45,000 nucleotides of DNA from Candidatus Bathyarchaeota archaeon (GCA_963833125.1 CAWHWX010000017.1:1-45000); one strand, 5' to 3'; numbered from the stretch's first letter, positions 29,239-38,918 are shown. Notes: generated by a model not told the origin, from the letters alone. Translations and numbers: made by a program.

Positions 29239-29646
29239 CTATTTTCGTTGTAAGAGTTCTATCCAGATTCCATTTGGATCTTTCACGTACGCTTCTTTCC
29301 ATCCGATCGCATATCCGATCGCATATGGTTCGACGACAACTTCGACGCCTTGTCGTTTGAGTTCTTTCACCGTGGCTTCCAGATCCTGAACATCGAAGGC
29401 CAGGTGGTCGAGGTTTTCGCCCTCAACGTAAGGCGAATTGAATGGGCTCTCTTCTTCGTAATGGTTGAGTTCAAGAAGTTGCTCCGAGTTTGTGCTCTTA
29501 AGCGTAATAACACTGCCTTTGGTTGGAGACGTCTTCTGAAGAGGTTCCGCGATGATCATGCCTAGTACGCCAGTGTAGAACTTGACAGATTCTTCCATGT
29601 TTTTCACTCGAATTCCGGTGTAAACGAAACGAAATCCAAAGGACAT
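29239..29646 (-). CDS. VOC/glyoxalase I family protein
   Basis: GIRVKNMEES..FY..VLG, DHLAFDV, KDPNGIWIELL. Confidence 0.9.
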   Translation of the reverse strand: MSFGFRFVYTGIRVKNMEESVKFYTGVLGMIIAEPLQKTSPTKGSVITLKSTNSEQLLELNHYEEESPFNSPYVEGENLDHLAFDVQDLEATVKELKRQGVEVVVEPYAIGYAIGWKEAYVKDPNGIWIELLQRK

Positions 29647-29820
29647 GGGCAGTAGCACTCAATAGTTCAGGGATATGCGTTGAAGACTTAAGGTCATTGT
29701 TCGCGGATGGATAACTTTCGCGTTTGAGTCCATTGCTCGATCCGAGCGGGTGTCTATTATGGAAAGACTACAAAATGAAAAAAACTAGCGCCTCTGCCTT
29801 TTGACTCAAACAAAACATGT

Positions 29821-29842
29821 AAATACTTAGTATTTCAAACTA
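29821..29842. promoter_or_regulatory. Putative MarR operator palindrome
   Basis: Perfect AAATACT-T-AGTATTT (29821-29835) immediately upstream of the MarR gene. Confidence 0.45.
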
Positions 29843-29848
29843 TTAGAT

Positions 29849-30313
29849 ATGCGAAGTAATATGCAGCGAATGGAAGCGCCACGCGACGAATGCGCTCGTG
29901 AAATTCTTGAGGTCGTACCATTGGCTATGCGCAGACTCAGAACAGAGCTCAGGAAGCACAGCGGATCCTCGCTGTCTGTGCCGCAATTCCGAACACTCGG
30001 ATTCATAAACCGCCATCGAGGTGCGTCTATTTCTGAAGTGGCCGATCACATCGGGTTGACCTTGCCGTCAATGTCGACACTCGTGGACGGGCTTGTAACG
30101 CGCGGCTACGTAATGCGCAGGGTCCATGAAGTTGACCGAAGGCGTATGACCCTAACGCTAACCGAACGTGGAGACGGGGTATTGCGTTCGGCCCGCGAGG
30201 GGACTCTGGCATACCTGACAGAGCGGCTTAAGCCAATACCTGAGGCACAGAGGGTCACCGTTGTGAAAGCAATGGATATTCTCAGACGGGTATTCTCTGA
30301 GGAGGCTGATTGA
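29849..30313 (+). CDS. MarR family transcriptional regulator
   Basis: LSVPQFRTL, DGLV.RGYV.R, DRRR...LTLTERG. Confidence 0.93.
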   Translation: MRSNMQRMEAPRDECAREILEVVPLAMRRLRTELRKHSGSSLSVPQFRTLGFINRHRGASISEVADHIGLTLPSMSTLVDGLVTRGYVMRRVHEVDRRRMTLTLTERGDGVLRSAREGTLAYLTERLKPIPEAQRVTVVKAMDILRRVFSEEAD

Positions 30314-31155
30314 TGTCAAGGGTTCAAACAAGTCAGGTCAACGCGCCCAAAGTGGAAGCGAAATCAATCCTTGAGACCAAGTCATTGACTAAGCGTTTCG
30401 GACAGCTCGTTGCAGTCGATCAAGTGAACATGTCCATCTTACCCGGTGAGATGTTCGGTCTTGTGGGACCAAACGGTGCCGGCAAGACGACTGTAATCAA
30501 AATGCTAACCACTCTTCTGGCGCCAACGTTTGGAGACGCTTGGGTGGCTGGCTATGATGTGGTTGGTCACGCGGCCCAGGTTAGGCGAGTGATAGGGTAT
30601 GTTCCGCAACTGCTTTCCGCGGACGGTTCTCTTACAGGTTACGAGAATCTGCTGATCTTCGCAAAGCTATACCATATCCCTCGCGGGGAGCGCGAGACAC
30701 GCATTCATGACGCGTTATCTTTCATGGGGCTCGCGGAAGTATCTGGTAGAATGGTTCGGGAATATTCTGGAGGAATGATTCGACGGTTAGAGATCGCCGA
30801 ATCCATGCTGCACAGACCAAGAGTACTCTTCCTGGACGAGCCAACGGTCGGACTTGATCCCGTTGCGAGGAAAGCTGTCTGGGACCACATCCAACGCCTT
30901 CGTGCGGACTTCGGAACCACAATTCTGCTGACAACTCATTACATGGATGAGGCGGACGAACTGTGCGACAGAGTGGCAATTATGCACCTGGGAAGAATCG
31001 CCGCGATCGGGACACCCACTGAGCTCAAGGCGACAGTTGGTGAAGGCGCGACACTGGATGATGTTTTCGTACATTACTCAGGGTACGAGGTGGATAGCGG
31101 AGGGAACTTCCGCGAAGTCTCGAGAACAAGGAGGGTGGCAAGCAGGCTTGCATAA
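30313..31155 (+). CDS. ABC exporter ATP-binding protein (DrrA-like)
   Basis: GPNGAGKT, YSGGMIRR, LDEPTVGLD, TTHYMDEA. Confidence 0.93.
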   Translation: MSRVQTSQVNAPKVEAKSILETKSLTKRFGQLVAVDQVNMSILPGEMFGLVGPNGAGKTTVIKMLTTLLAPTFGDAWVAGYDVVGHAAQVRRVIGYVPQLLSADGSLTGYENLLIFAKLYHIPRGERETRIHDALSFMGLAEVSGRMVREYSGGMIRRLEIAESMLHRPRVLFLDEPTVGLDPVARKAVWDHIQRLRADFGTTILLTTHYMDEADELCDRVAIMHLGRIAAIGTPTELKATVGEGATLDDVFVHYSGYEVDSGGNFREVSRTRRVASRLA

Positions 31156-31960
31156 GCTTCCCTCGCTGGGAATCGGAAATGTACTCACGGCGGCTTTCAA
31201 CTTCACGACTGACACATTCACAATCGCCGAGCTTGAAGCGCGCAAACTTCATCATGACTTCACAGAGCTCTTGACACGTGCAGTCCAACCAGCGCTTTGG
31301 CTCCTGATCTTCGGCGAGGTGCTCGCCCAACTCCGAGCTATTCCAACCGGGAAGATCTCGTACCTGGACTTCATTACGCCCGGCATCTTAGCCCAAAGCG
31401 TTCTCTTCATCGCCATCTTCTATGGTATAGCTATCATCTGGGAACGTGACCTAGGAATCCTCCAAAAGATGCTAGCGAGTCCGGCACCTCGCACTGCACT
31501 AGTGTTCGGAAAGGCTCTCTCTGCTAGTGAACGAGGGCTATCCCAGGCTCTAATAATTTACGGGTTGGCGGTACTGATAGGAGTCCACATCAACTGGTCT
31601 GTAGTCTCTGTGCTGGGCGTGTTGTTAGTCGTGATTCTAGGCTCCGCCTTGTTCTCCACTTTCTCCTTAATCATCGCGTGCCTAGTCCGGACCCGGGAGC
31701 GTTTCATGGGTGTGGGCCAGCTACTCACAATGCCGCTCTTCTTCGCGAGCAACGCAATTTATCCAATCTCCATTATGCCGGTTTGGTTGCAAGCGATTGC
31801 ATGGGGCAACCCCTTGACGTATGAGGTTGATGGGCTGCGGTCCCTCATGGTGATTGGAGGCGTTAGCGTCTACGGAACCCTAGTAGACATAGCAGCACTA
31901 ATGGCATCGACTGTGATCTTGGTCCTCATAGCGGCGAAGCTATACCCGCGAGTCATCTAA
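31148..31960 (+). CDS. ABC-2 type exporter permease (DrrB-like)
   Basis: TRAVQP.LWL, YLDFITPG, ASNAIYP, NPLTYEVD; TTG start overlaps the upstream stop. Confidence 0.9.
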   Translation: MHKLPSLGIGNVLTAAFNFTTDTFTIAELEARKLHHDFTELLTRAVQPALWLLIFGEVLAQLRAIPTGKISYLDFITPGILAQSVLFIAIFYGIAIIWERDLGILQKMLASPAPRTALVFGKALSASERGLSQALIIYGLAVLIGVHINWSVVSVLGVLLVVILGSALFSTFSLIIACLVRTRERFMGVGQLLTMPLFFASNAIYPISIMPVWLQAIAWGNPLTYEVDGLRSLMVIGGVSVYGTLVDIAALMASTVILVLIAAKLYPRVI

Positions 31961-32087
31961 CTCCGCACGGCCCAAATGAATTACGAAGTCGGTTGAGAAC
32001 GATTGAGTTATTGAAACGTAAGTTGATAAAGCCTGCACTTCCTGTTCTGAAGGTTCGACTTATTAGTGACAAATTTGCAGACGCACC

Positions 32088-32550
32088 GTGCCGGTAGATA
32101 TTGAGGGTTGCTCGTTGAGATTAACTGCACTCGTAGCTATACTAGTCGGGGTAGTTGGTGCTGCGTGGAGTTGGAAATTGCTCCAGTGGTACATTTCCGC
32201 CAACACGGTACTGTACTGCGTTCTGGGCTCGCAATGCGCTGTCGGTTTTCGCGTCGGCCTCTTCATACTTCTATGGTACGCCTATCCACCTGCTCGCAGT
32301 GGGATGGTTTAGTTTACTGGCAGTAATCGCCGGCATTAGGGCATACGGAGTACAAGGAGCGTCACGAGCTGGCCTACTCATAGCAGCGCTATGCGTGCCG
32401 ACGATCATGTATCTGGATTACATAATGATCGCAGTAATACATGCGATCTGCTCGGACTGCGAACTAGCCCATATCCTCGGCCTGATCCTCTTCGCACTCT
32501 TCATAATCATGTACCGCTCCGACAGGAAAGGCAACGCGAACGCAACGTGA
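32088..32550 (+). CDS. Vitamin K epoxide reductase (VKOR) family protein, frameshift near 32244
   Basis: Joining ORFs 32088-32312 and 32155-32550 gives C-x5-C-A-V-V-F-A-S...G.P...AICSDC (CxxC). Confidence 0.75.
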
Positions 32551-32682
32551 GCGTTGTAACTCCCCGGCGATGGCTGTTGAAACCCACAACAAGTTCGTCA
32601 TCCGAGGTTCAGAGCAGGCGCAGTTAGAGCGAAAGCTTAAGCATTAGCTCTCATTGCAGCGTAATCGATAGGAGAGGAACCT

Positions 32683-33318
32683 TTGGCATCCAAGAGCAAC
32701 AAGACCAAAGATGGAAAGGAAACCGTGGCCAAGAAAAGACACGGGTTGAGCAAAGCTGAGAAGATTGCAATTCCGATCATTATTGTGATCGCAGTTTGGG
32801 CGGTATACTCGGCCCTGAACCCTGGATCTCCAGCAACTTCAAGCACACTTACAAATTCCGTCACAACTTCAGTATCCCAATCCGGTCTAGCCCCAGATTT
32901 CACGTTGCCCGTTGTTGGCCCTAACGGTCTAACGGGTCAAAGCGTGTCGCTATCGTCATTTCGCGGAAAGGTTGTGCTTTTGGAGTTCATGGAACCTTGG
33001 TGCCCGCATTGTCAAAATATGGCTCCAATTATGGATGGCCTGTATACCCAGTATGGCAAGGGAAACGTCGTGTTTCTGACTGTTGCTGGGCCTTGGAACG
33101 GAGCGACTGCAAATGATGCCGCAGGCTTCATCGGCAAGTACGGAACTGGCTGGATTTACGTTTACGATTCTTCAGGGACGATATTCAGCGAGTACGGCGT
33201 TAATTCGACCCCTACCTTCTACATCATCGGAAAAGACGGTTCGGTTTCGACGAGCTTCACGGGTGAACAAACATCCGGCGCACTAGCGAGCGCAATCTCC
33301 GCGGCAGGCGGGACCTGA
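32683..33318 (+). CDS. Membrane-anchored TlpA/ResA-type thiol-disulfide oxidoreductase
   Basis: APDFTL, GKVVLLEF..PWCPHC, YGV.STPTF. Confidence 0.9.
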   Translation: MASKSNKTKDGKETVAKKRHGLSKAEKIAIPIIIVIAVWAVYSALNPGSPATSSTLTNSVTTSVSQSGLAPDFTLPVVGPNGLTGQSVSLSSFRGKVVLLEFMEPWCPHCQNMAPIMDGLYTQYGKGNVVFLTVAGPWNGATANDAAGFIGKYGTGWIYVYDSSGTIFSEYGVNSTPTFYIIGKDGSVSTSFTGEQTSGALASAISAAGGT

Positions 33319-33403
33319 GAGGTAATAGCGTTTCAATTACTGATCCCTGCGACAAATTCATATGAGGATGCCTTACTTTTCGCCATCTTTCAGTGCAGGT
33401 CCT

Positions 33404-34150
33404 TCATTTCTCATAGCCTGCATGCATGAATGTGTGCGGCGCGCCAAATGAAGGAATGAAAACATTCTCGCATCTTACTTTCGATAGCCTTTCCTTGCCG
33501 AACCTATAAGCGAGGTCTCGCCCCAACCCGCTGCTTGCAAGCGGTACAGACGATCCAAGATACTGACTACAACGGCCTTTGCATTTCGCTTTAACGTCAG
33601 AATAAAGCTGTCTTAGCGTAGTGGATTCGTTCTTGATTCCAAGAGGTCTTTCTGTAAGGTCGACGATTGCTGCATCGTACTCATCCGTTGTGGATTGCAA
33701 ATACCGAAAGGCGTCGTCGATGACGGTTTTGACTCGGGGATCTTTGAAAGCTCGATTCACCCGGCCAATGTGTTTTCTGCATGATCCGATGAGCAGTTGA
33801 TCTATTTCAACGAGTGTGACATGTGCAATAGTTGGAGACTGGAGAAGTGAAAGTAGCGTTTGCCCGCTACCACCTCCGAGCACAATCACTCGAACAACTC
33901 CATTTCGCTTCGCAGGGCCGCAGAGGGCTTCGTTGAAGACTTGCGCATCATACGCGGTGTGTTGCAGGTTATGATCGAGAAACAACATCCTGCCATAAGC
34001 ATCATTATCGATAATGTCTATCTTCTGATACTTCGACTTGGCCGAGAAACAGAACTTCTTCGCATGATATGCCAGGTGTAGTCCGCGGTAGGGTTCATAT
34101 ACGATGTATTTGGATTTCTCGAAACACACTCTGCGAGCGTTGTTTGACAT
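33404..34150 (-). CDS. Spermidine synthase-like aminopropyltransferase
   Basis: SKYQKIDI, GRMLFLD..LQ, VLGGGSG, VEID, DPRV...IDDA. Confidence 0.8.
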   Translation of the reverse strand: MSNNARRVCFEKSKYIVYEPYRGLHLAYHAKKFCFSAKSKYQKIDIIDNDAYGRMLFLDHNLQHTAYDAQVFNEALCGPAKRNGVVRVIVLGGGSGQTLLSLLQSPTIAHVTLVEIDQLLIGSCRKHIGRVNRAFKDPRVKTVIDDAFRYLQSTTDEYDAAIVDLTERPLGIKNESTTLRQLYSDVKAKCKGRCSQYLGSSVPLASSGLGRDLAYRFGKERLSKVRCENVFIPSFGAPHTFMHAGYEK

Positions 34151-34214
34151 GGCTTTCCATCGAGCTGCCGAGAGGAATAATCTATATTAGATCTATGTTC
34201 GCGGGTTTGAACCA

Positions 34215-35000
34215 ATGGACCGTCCCCTCTACAGCCAGTTAGTTCAGTATTACGAACTCATTGAGAGCCGTGATTGGCGTAACGAGATGAGGCTAATCAG
34301 TTCAGTCCTACAGAAGCACAAATCAGAATCTGTAGTTGACTTGGGTTGCGGGACGGGGTATCACGTTAGAGCTCTGACAAAGATCGGCTTCAACGTAACT
34401 GGGGTCGATATTTCAAAACAGAATATTGAGTTCGCAAGGAAAAGAGCTGAAAAAGAGAGAACTCGGACGAGTTTTGTCATTGACAGCTACTATCATTATC
34501 AACCCCGTGAAAGGGTGGACGCGGCTCTCTGCCTGAACTGGTCGATTCCTGTACGAGATCATGAGGTCAAACGGTTTCTTGACAACGCAAACGCCATGCT
34601 TCGGCCCCGTGGCCTGCTGATTCTGGATTTCGAGAGGCGGTCGCAAATAGTTTGGGGGGATGTTGGTAAACCAATCGTTGATTCATGGAGGCAGAAGAAT
34701 CGACTGATCGTCAGAGTTTCCGTGGGACAAATGATCTCCAGCGTATTATGTTCGAGAGACGCCTACATTATCTATCATACTTCTTCCAGACCGAGCATAC
34801 CCAATGAAGCTTCGAGATACAAAGCCGCGCAACGCAGAGATATTGCTGAGGTTTACGTGGACTACTCTTATGTGCGGTTCTTTTCGTTAGCCGAGATGAG
34901 GCGTTTCGCGAAGCGGTCGGGCTTTAAAGTGTTGGGAAATTTCCTTCTACGGAGGAATAATTACAAACGAAACTATGCGGTACTTCAAAAGTTTCCATAA
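34215..35000 (+). CDS. Class I SAM-dependent methyltransferase
   Basis: VVDLGCGTG, GVDIS, LRPRGLLILD. Confidence 0.88.
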   Translation: MDRPLYSQLVQYYELIESRDWRNEMRLISSVLQKHKSESVVDLGCGTGYHVRALTKIGFNVTGVDISKQNIEFARKRAEKERTRTSFVIDSYYHYQPRERVDAALCLNWSIPVRDHEVKRFLDNANAMLRPRGLLILDFERRSQIVWGDVGKPIVDSWRQKNRLIVRVSVGQMISSVLCSRDAYIIYHTSSRPSIPNEASRYKAAQRRDIAEVYVDYSYVRFFSLAEMRRFAKRSGFKVLGNFLLRRNNYKRNYAVLQKFP

Positions 35001-35137
35001 GGTACTGGGATCCGGGTGGCATGACTCACGGCGAGATTAGGACCGCCCCTTGTCGTGGCCACTGGAAACGGTTTTCCGACCGAGCAACGAACTTATCTAG
35101 CGCCGTAGCGGTCAACCCTGTCGGTTCAAAGACTACT

Positions 35138-35283
35138 AGCGGGGTGGGGTAGCCAGGTTTAACCCGCAGAACGCTTGCGGACGGCTCATATCCTGGCGAG
35201 AAACCCTGAGATTGAGCTTAACGGCTCCTCAAGCGGTGGTTCGAAAGGCACAAAACGGCCCGAACATCCACCCCCCGCTACCA
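35138..35283 (+). tRNA. Initiator tRNA-Met(CAT) with four BHB introns (35170-35182, 35191-35202, 35213-35233, 35246-35266)
   Basis: A1:U72 acceptor stem AGCGGGG/CCCCGCT plus ACCA, anticodon CAT at 35187-35189. The spliced anticodon stem CAGGG/CCCTG restores the three initiator G:C pairs; mature length is 79 nt. Confidence 0.92.
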
Positions 35284-35577
35284 ACGTAGCAAATTCCTTG
35301 GGGAACAATTCAACGAAGCGCGGAGAGATTCCAGTCGAGCAAACAACCGCGGGGGAAACTCTGGTGTCAAAGTGCCGAAAAATGTTCGACCTCAATAGGC
35401 TCTATTTAGCTGGATGAGAAGCAGTTTCTATCTGAAAACGACAGTCTGCCTTGATTTTTACACTCTTCTGCGAAATTTTCATCCAGCATTCGGCCATATT
35501 GCGTTGATTAATAACATGGCGTTGTCTCAGTGGAGAAGAGTTTATTCCGGATGGTTCAGGTGGTTCTCCGATAACCC

Positions 35578-35805
35578 ATGTCATATATTGCGGTTCCGAG
35601 ACCTCCGATAGCGGCCACCTGCTATGTACCGGCACCATGCGCCATCCCACAGCCACCCGAAGTCTACTATCAACCACCGCCGCAAGCAGCGGCATATCAG
35701 CCACCCCCACAGACCTACCTATACCAACCACCCCCGGTTGCCTACAGTGTGGCGTCGCCACCTCAGGTCTACTATTACCAACCCCCAATGGTCAAGGTTC
35801 AGTAG
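35578..35805 (+). CDS. 75-aa Pro/Tyr/Gln-rich peptide with four YQPP repeats
   Basis: VYYQPPPQ, AYQPPPQ, LYQPPPV, YYYQPPM. Confidence 0.6.
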   Translation: MSYIAVPRPPIAATCYVPAPCAIPQPPEVYYQPPPQAAAYQPPPQTYLYQPPPVAYSVASPPQVYYYQPPMVKVQ

Positions 35806-35982
35806 GCCTACAGGAATTTCTCGTTGGAGCAGTCACCGACAAGGGCGTGGTCGGCAAGTTGATCGTCGGCGCTTTATCCTCAAGAAATTTGATAGCCCGT
35901 GTTGACGAGGCAATCGCAGGCGCTGCGGTCAAAAGAGCAGGCCCGGCAGCACAGGCGGACGCTCATTGAACGGAGGATACAA

Positions 35983-36537
35983 ATGCTTTACTTGTGCGAC
36001 CTCGCAGGGTCCTCAAGGCGCAGATGGAATGTGGAAGCGCTTCTAGCTTGCGCTTTAGCGCTGCTCGGGGCCCCATTGGCCCGCACGCAACAGACCTCGC
36101 AACCGCCCCCCGACACGATCATAAAGGGGAGCGAACACCCGGATCAGTTTCCCCGGAGGCAGGCGTTTTACATCTTCTCAAGATTCTCGAAATCGGACCC
36201 GGCTGACGCACCGCATTTACAAGAACGCGCTCGGTCAATTGAGCTCAATTCCATGGGGTTGTCCACTGAGGACGCTGCAGCCCTTGAGCAGGCCGTAGAG
36301 ACCTTCAGAGTGCAAGAGAAGGCGATCGACGATAAGGTCACTTATGCGATATCGGAGGGAGGCGGTAACCATCAGGGTCTCATCGACCTTCAACAAAGCC
36401 GAGAAAAACTGATCAACATCGCTGCCCAGGACATCACCCTGCACGTAAGCAGGGTGGGCCATGTCGCAATCCGCCAGTATATCGAGCGAATCGTTTCCAA
36501 ATCGCAGATCAGTACCTGGAGTTCAGCCACGCAGTAA
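35983..36537 (+). CDS. Secreted hypothetical protein (bacterial segment)
   Basis: GGAGG RBS before ATG at 35983; signal-like segment. Confidence 0.6.
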   Translation: MLYLCDLAGSSRRRWNVEALLACALALLGAPLARTQQTSQPPPDTIIKGSEHPDQFPRRQAFYIFSRFSKSDPADAPHLQERARSIELNSMGLSTEDAAALEQAVETFRVQEKAIDDKVTYAISEGGGNHQGLIDLQQSREKLINIAAQDITLHVSRVGHVAIRQYIERIVSKSQISTWSSATQ

Positions 36538-36550
36538 TCTGGAGGGATTC

Positions 36551-37340
36551 ATGAAGCTCCGGGCATTTCTGGCCGTCGTTGGATACTTCGCGTTCCGTGT
36601 GATGGGTGCGTCCCTGAGTTGTCAGGTCGCCCACGCACAGGCCGAGTGCATCGACCCGACACGGGGGATGACGTCGATTGCTGCTAGTTTCTGTCCCTAT
36701 GCGACTGCGAGCCGGACGAGTTCGACACCTGCTACATAGAGCCCCCGCCGCCGCCGCCGCCGGACTGGACCGGAGCTTGCCTCAAGACCGAGCCTCACGC
36801 CGCGCTTTGGGGATACACGGATGTCACATTGACTCGGACGGAAATCTTGAGGCCTGGGCAGTAGCCTACAACCTAGACGGCGTCGCGGGTCAGGTCATGC
36901 CCACCGCGTGGCTGGAGGTGACGATGCCGGATGGGACAGTTTCCGGAAGCGTCGCAAGGAACCTGGGCCAGCCCGATGATTTCGGTGAGCGTGGATCAGG
37001 CGTTCACGGACTACAACGACACCGGCGCTGGCAAAGCCTACGGGGTCAGCGAACTTCATTACAACTGCGGCTTTAACCTAAGCATCGTAAACGACCCAAA
37101 ATTCGGTATCGCGACAACGTTCTGGGGCCCGCCCCGATTGTGGATATAGACGACAATTGCCATTGGGCCAACTTGGCTTGCTCAAGCGGGACGCCGAGGT
37201 GCACGTACGTTCAGGGTATTCAATTTTCTCCCGGGTGCCCTAGTATATGCAAAGCGAGACTCTTGTCGTGGACGGCTCGTGCTCGTCTCAATTTGCAATT
37301 GGGATTGAGGCGGACGGTCCAGGGGTTTGCAACTAGCTTC
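36551..37340 (+). CDS. Secreted Cys-rich hypothetical protein, multiply frameshifted (end approximate)
   Basis: GGAGG RBS and signal peptide; protein-like fragments in ORFs 36678, 36931 and 37140. Confidence 0.4.
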
Positions 37341-37456
37341 GTGTCCCTTTTCTATATAATCGCTTCGGGTGCCCCGCCCGAACCACCGTGGCTCGGCTCC
37401 TCAAGGTGGACGAGGGTGCTCAGGATGTATTTCTTTGAAGAAGCAGGAGGGCAGGA

Positions 37457-38186
37457 ATGGGTAGCGCATCCGTTCTGCTCGTGCTAGGAGTTATTTTGGC
37501 ACAAGGCCAGACGTCGGTACAGAACGGAGATACCGGGCCCGCAACGGGCGCAAGGCTGTTTGCGCTTCCACGCCCGGATCCCGATAGCGGTTCGACCAGA
37601 TTGAAGAGCGTTCACACGAGCTCCCCAACGGTTCATACTCGGTTGAGTCTGTGATTCACAGCAAGACCTACCGCGACGCTGCAGGACGGATTCGGACAGA
37701 CTCTGAAGTTCAAGACGGTCGGGTCACACCATTAGCACCTCAAGCACAGTGATGGACCCTACGAACGGTTCAGGCTTAATCCTCTTGGAGGGTGAGAGGA
37801 TCGCGTATCGGATCGCATTTCCGATTTCGACTGATAGTAAACTGTTTTCCGCTGACGCTCTGGATGAAACTGAGCCCGCACACAAGTGGAAGACCACCTC
37901 GGAGGAGGCCGGAACGAGCGTCATCGGGGGCGTTGCATTCTCGGGCAGACGGGTCACCCAGAACGCGGAGGATCGACCCTGGCTTACAAAGGATTTCGAA
38001 TATTGGAACTCAGACGCACTAAAATTGACGGGAGCCATAAATATTTCAGGCCTGAGAGAGAAGTATATGGCCAGAATTGAGAACCTGCGTCGGGGCGAGC
38101 CGGATCCCGCGCTCTTCCAGATCCCTCCCGGCTATAAGATCGTTGACATGCCACCGTTGTTTTCTGCCCCAAAGTCAGGGCGTTAA
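37457..38186 (+). CDS. Secreted hypothetical protein, frameshifted
   Basis: GGAGG RBS and signal peptide; YRDAAGRIRT... and C-terminal RGEPDPALFQIPPGY. Confidence 0.55.
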
Positions 38187-38814
38187 CCCTTCGCGCCTGA
38201 GGTGCCAAATTTCTGCGCCACCATTCTAAGCTCGGCCAGCCGCCCAGCCAGCGCTACTGCGGAAAAGGTACGAACTTTTCGCGCAGGAGGCTTGATTGGC
38301 ATGGACGGGCGATCAGTGAATGGGAACGGACTCGCCGCCGACCTGGATGGAACTCCGTGTAATGGAGACGGTTTTGGCTCCGTCGCCAGCGTCGATAGCA
38401 GGGGTGTTCGAAGGAAGCGGGCGCGACACATCGATTTTGAGGCCCCAGACATTGAGTCCGTCGCCGTGGTTGAAAACGACGTTTGCGCCGGGAGCGTTCC
38501 TGATCGTGATGCGGTAAAGCGTGAAGTTGTTGGAGCCGTTGGCAACGATCAGCCGCGGAACCTGCTGGGCCCCGCCCGCGCGGGCCTGCCCGGCCAGATC
38601 CCACCAAGAAAACTGCGACCCAAGCATTTTTTCGCCGCCGCGGCCATCAATGACGCCATCGCCCATCACGCCGGAGCTGGGCGCGTGGTCGACGGAGATG
38701 AGCGGTTTGCAGCCGCGGGAGCCCGGGACCCGGCTGACGACGCCGCAACTGCCCGGCGAGGCAGGATGCGGCGCTAAATATTACGCCCAGGACCAAGGGG
38801 AATCGGGGAATCAT
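38183..38814 (-). CDS. Short pectin-lyase-fold / GH28 polygalacturonase-like protein, frameshifted
   Basis: GVMGDGVIDGRGG...SWW...PRLI...TLYRITIRNAP; end approximate. Confidence 0.6.
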
Positions 38815-38918
38815 GGGTGCGGTTCCTCTGATGGCTGTCGCAACGCAACAACACACTGAAACACTCTATGCTCGAGCAACAAGAACAGGGCGGCGCAAGG
38901 GCGCGCGCGGCGCACCGC

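Noticed and set aside
28989-35283. Split (trans-spliced) or permuted tRNAs
   Set aside because: All exons are colinear within single loci, so cis-splicing is sufficient.
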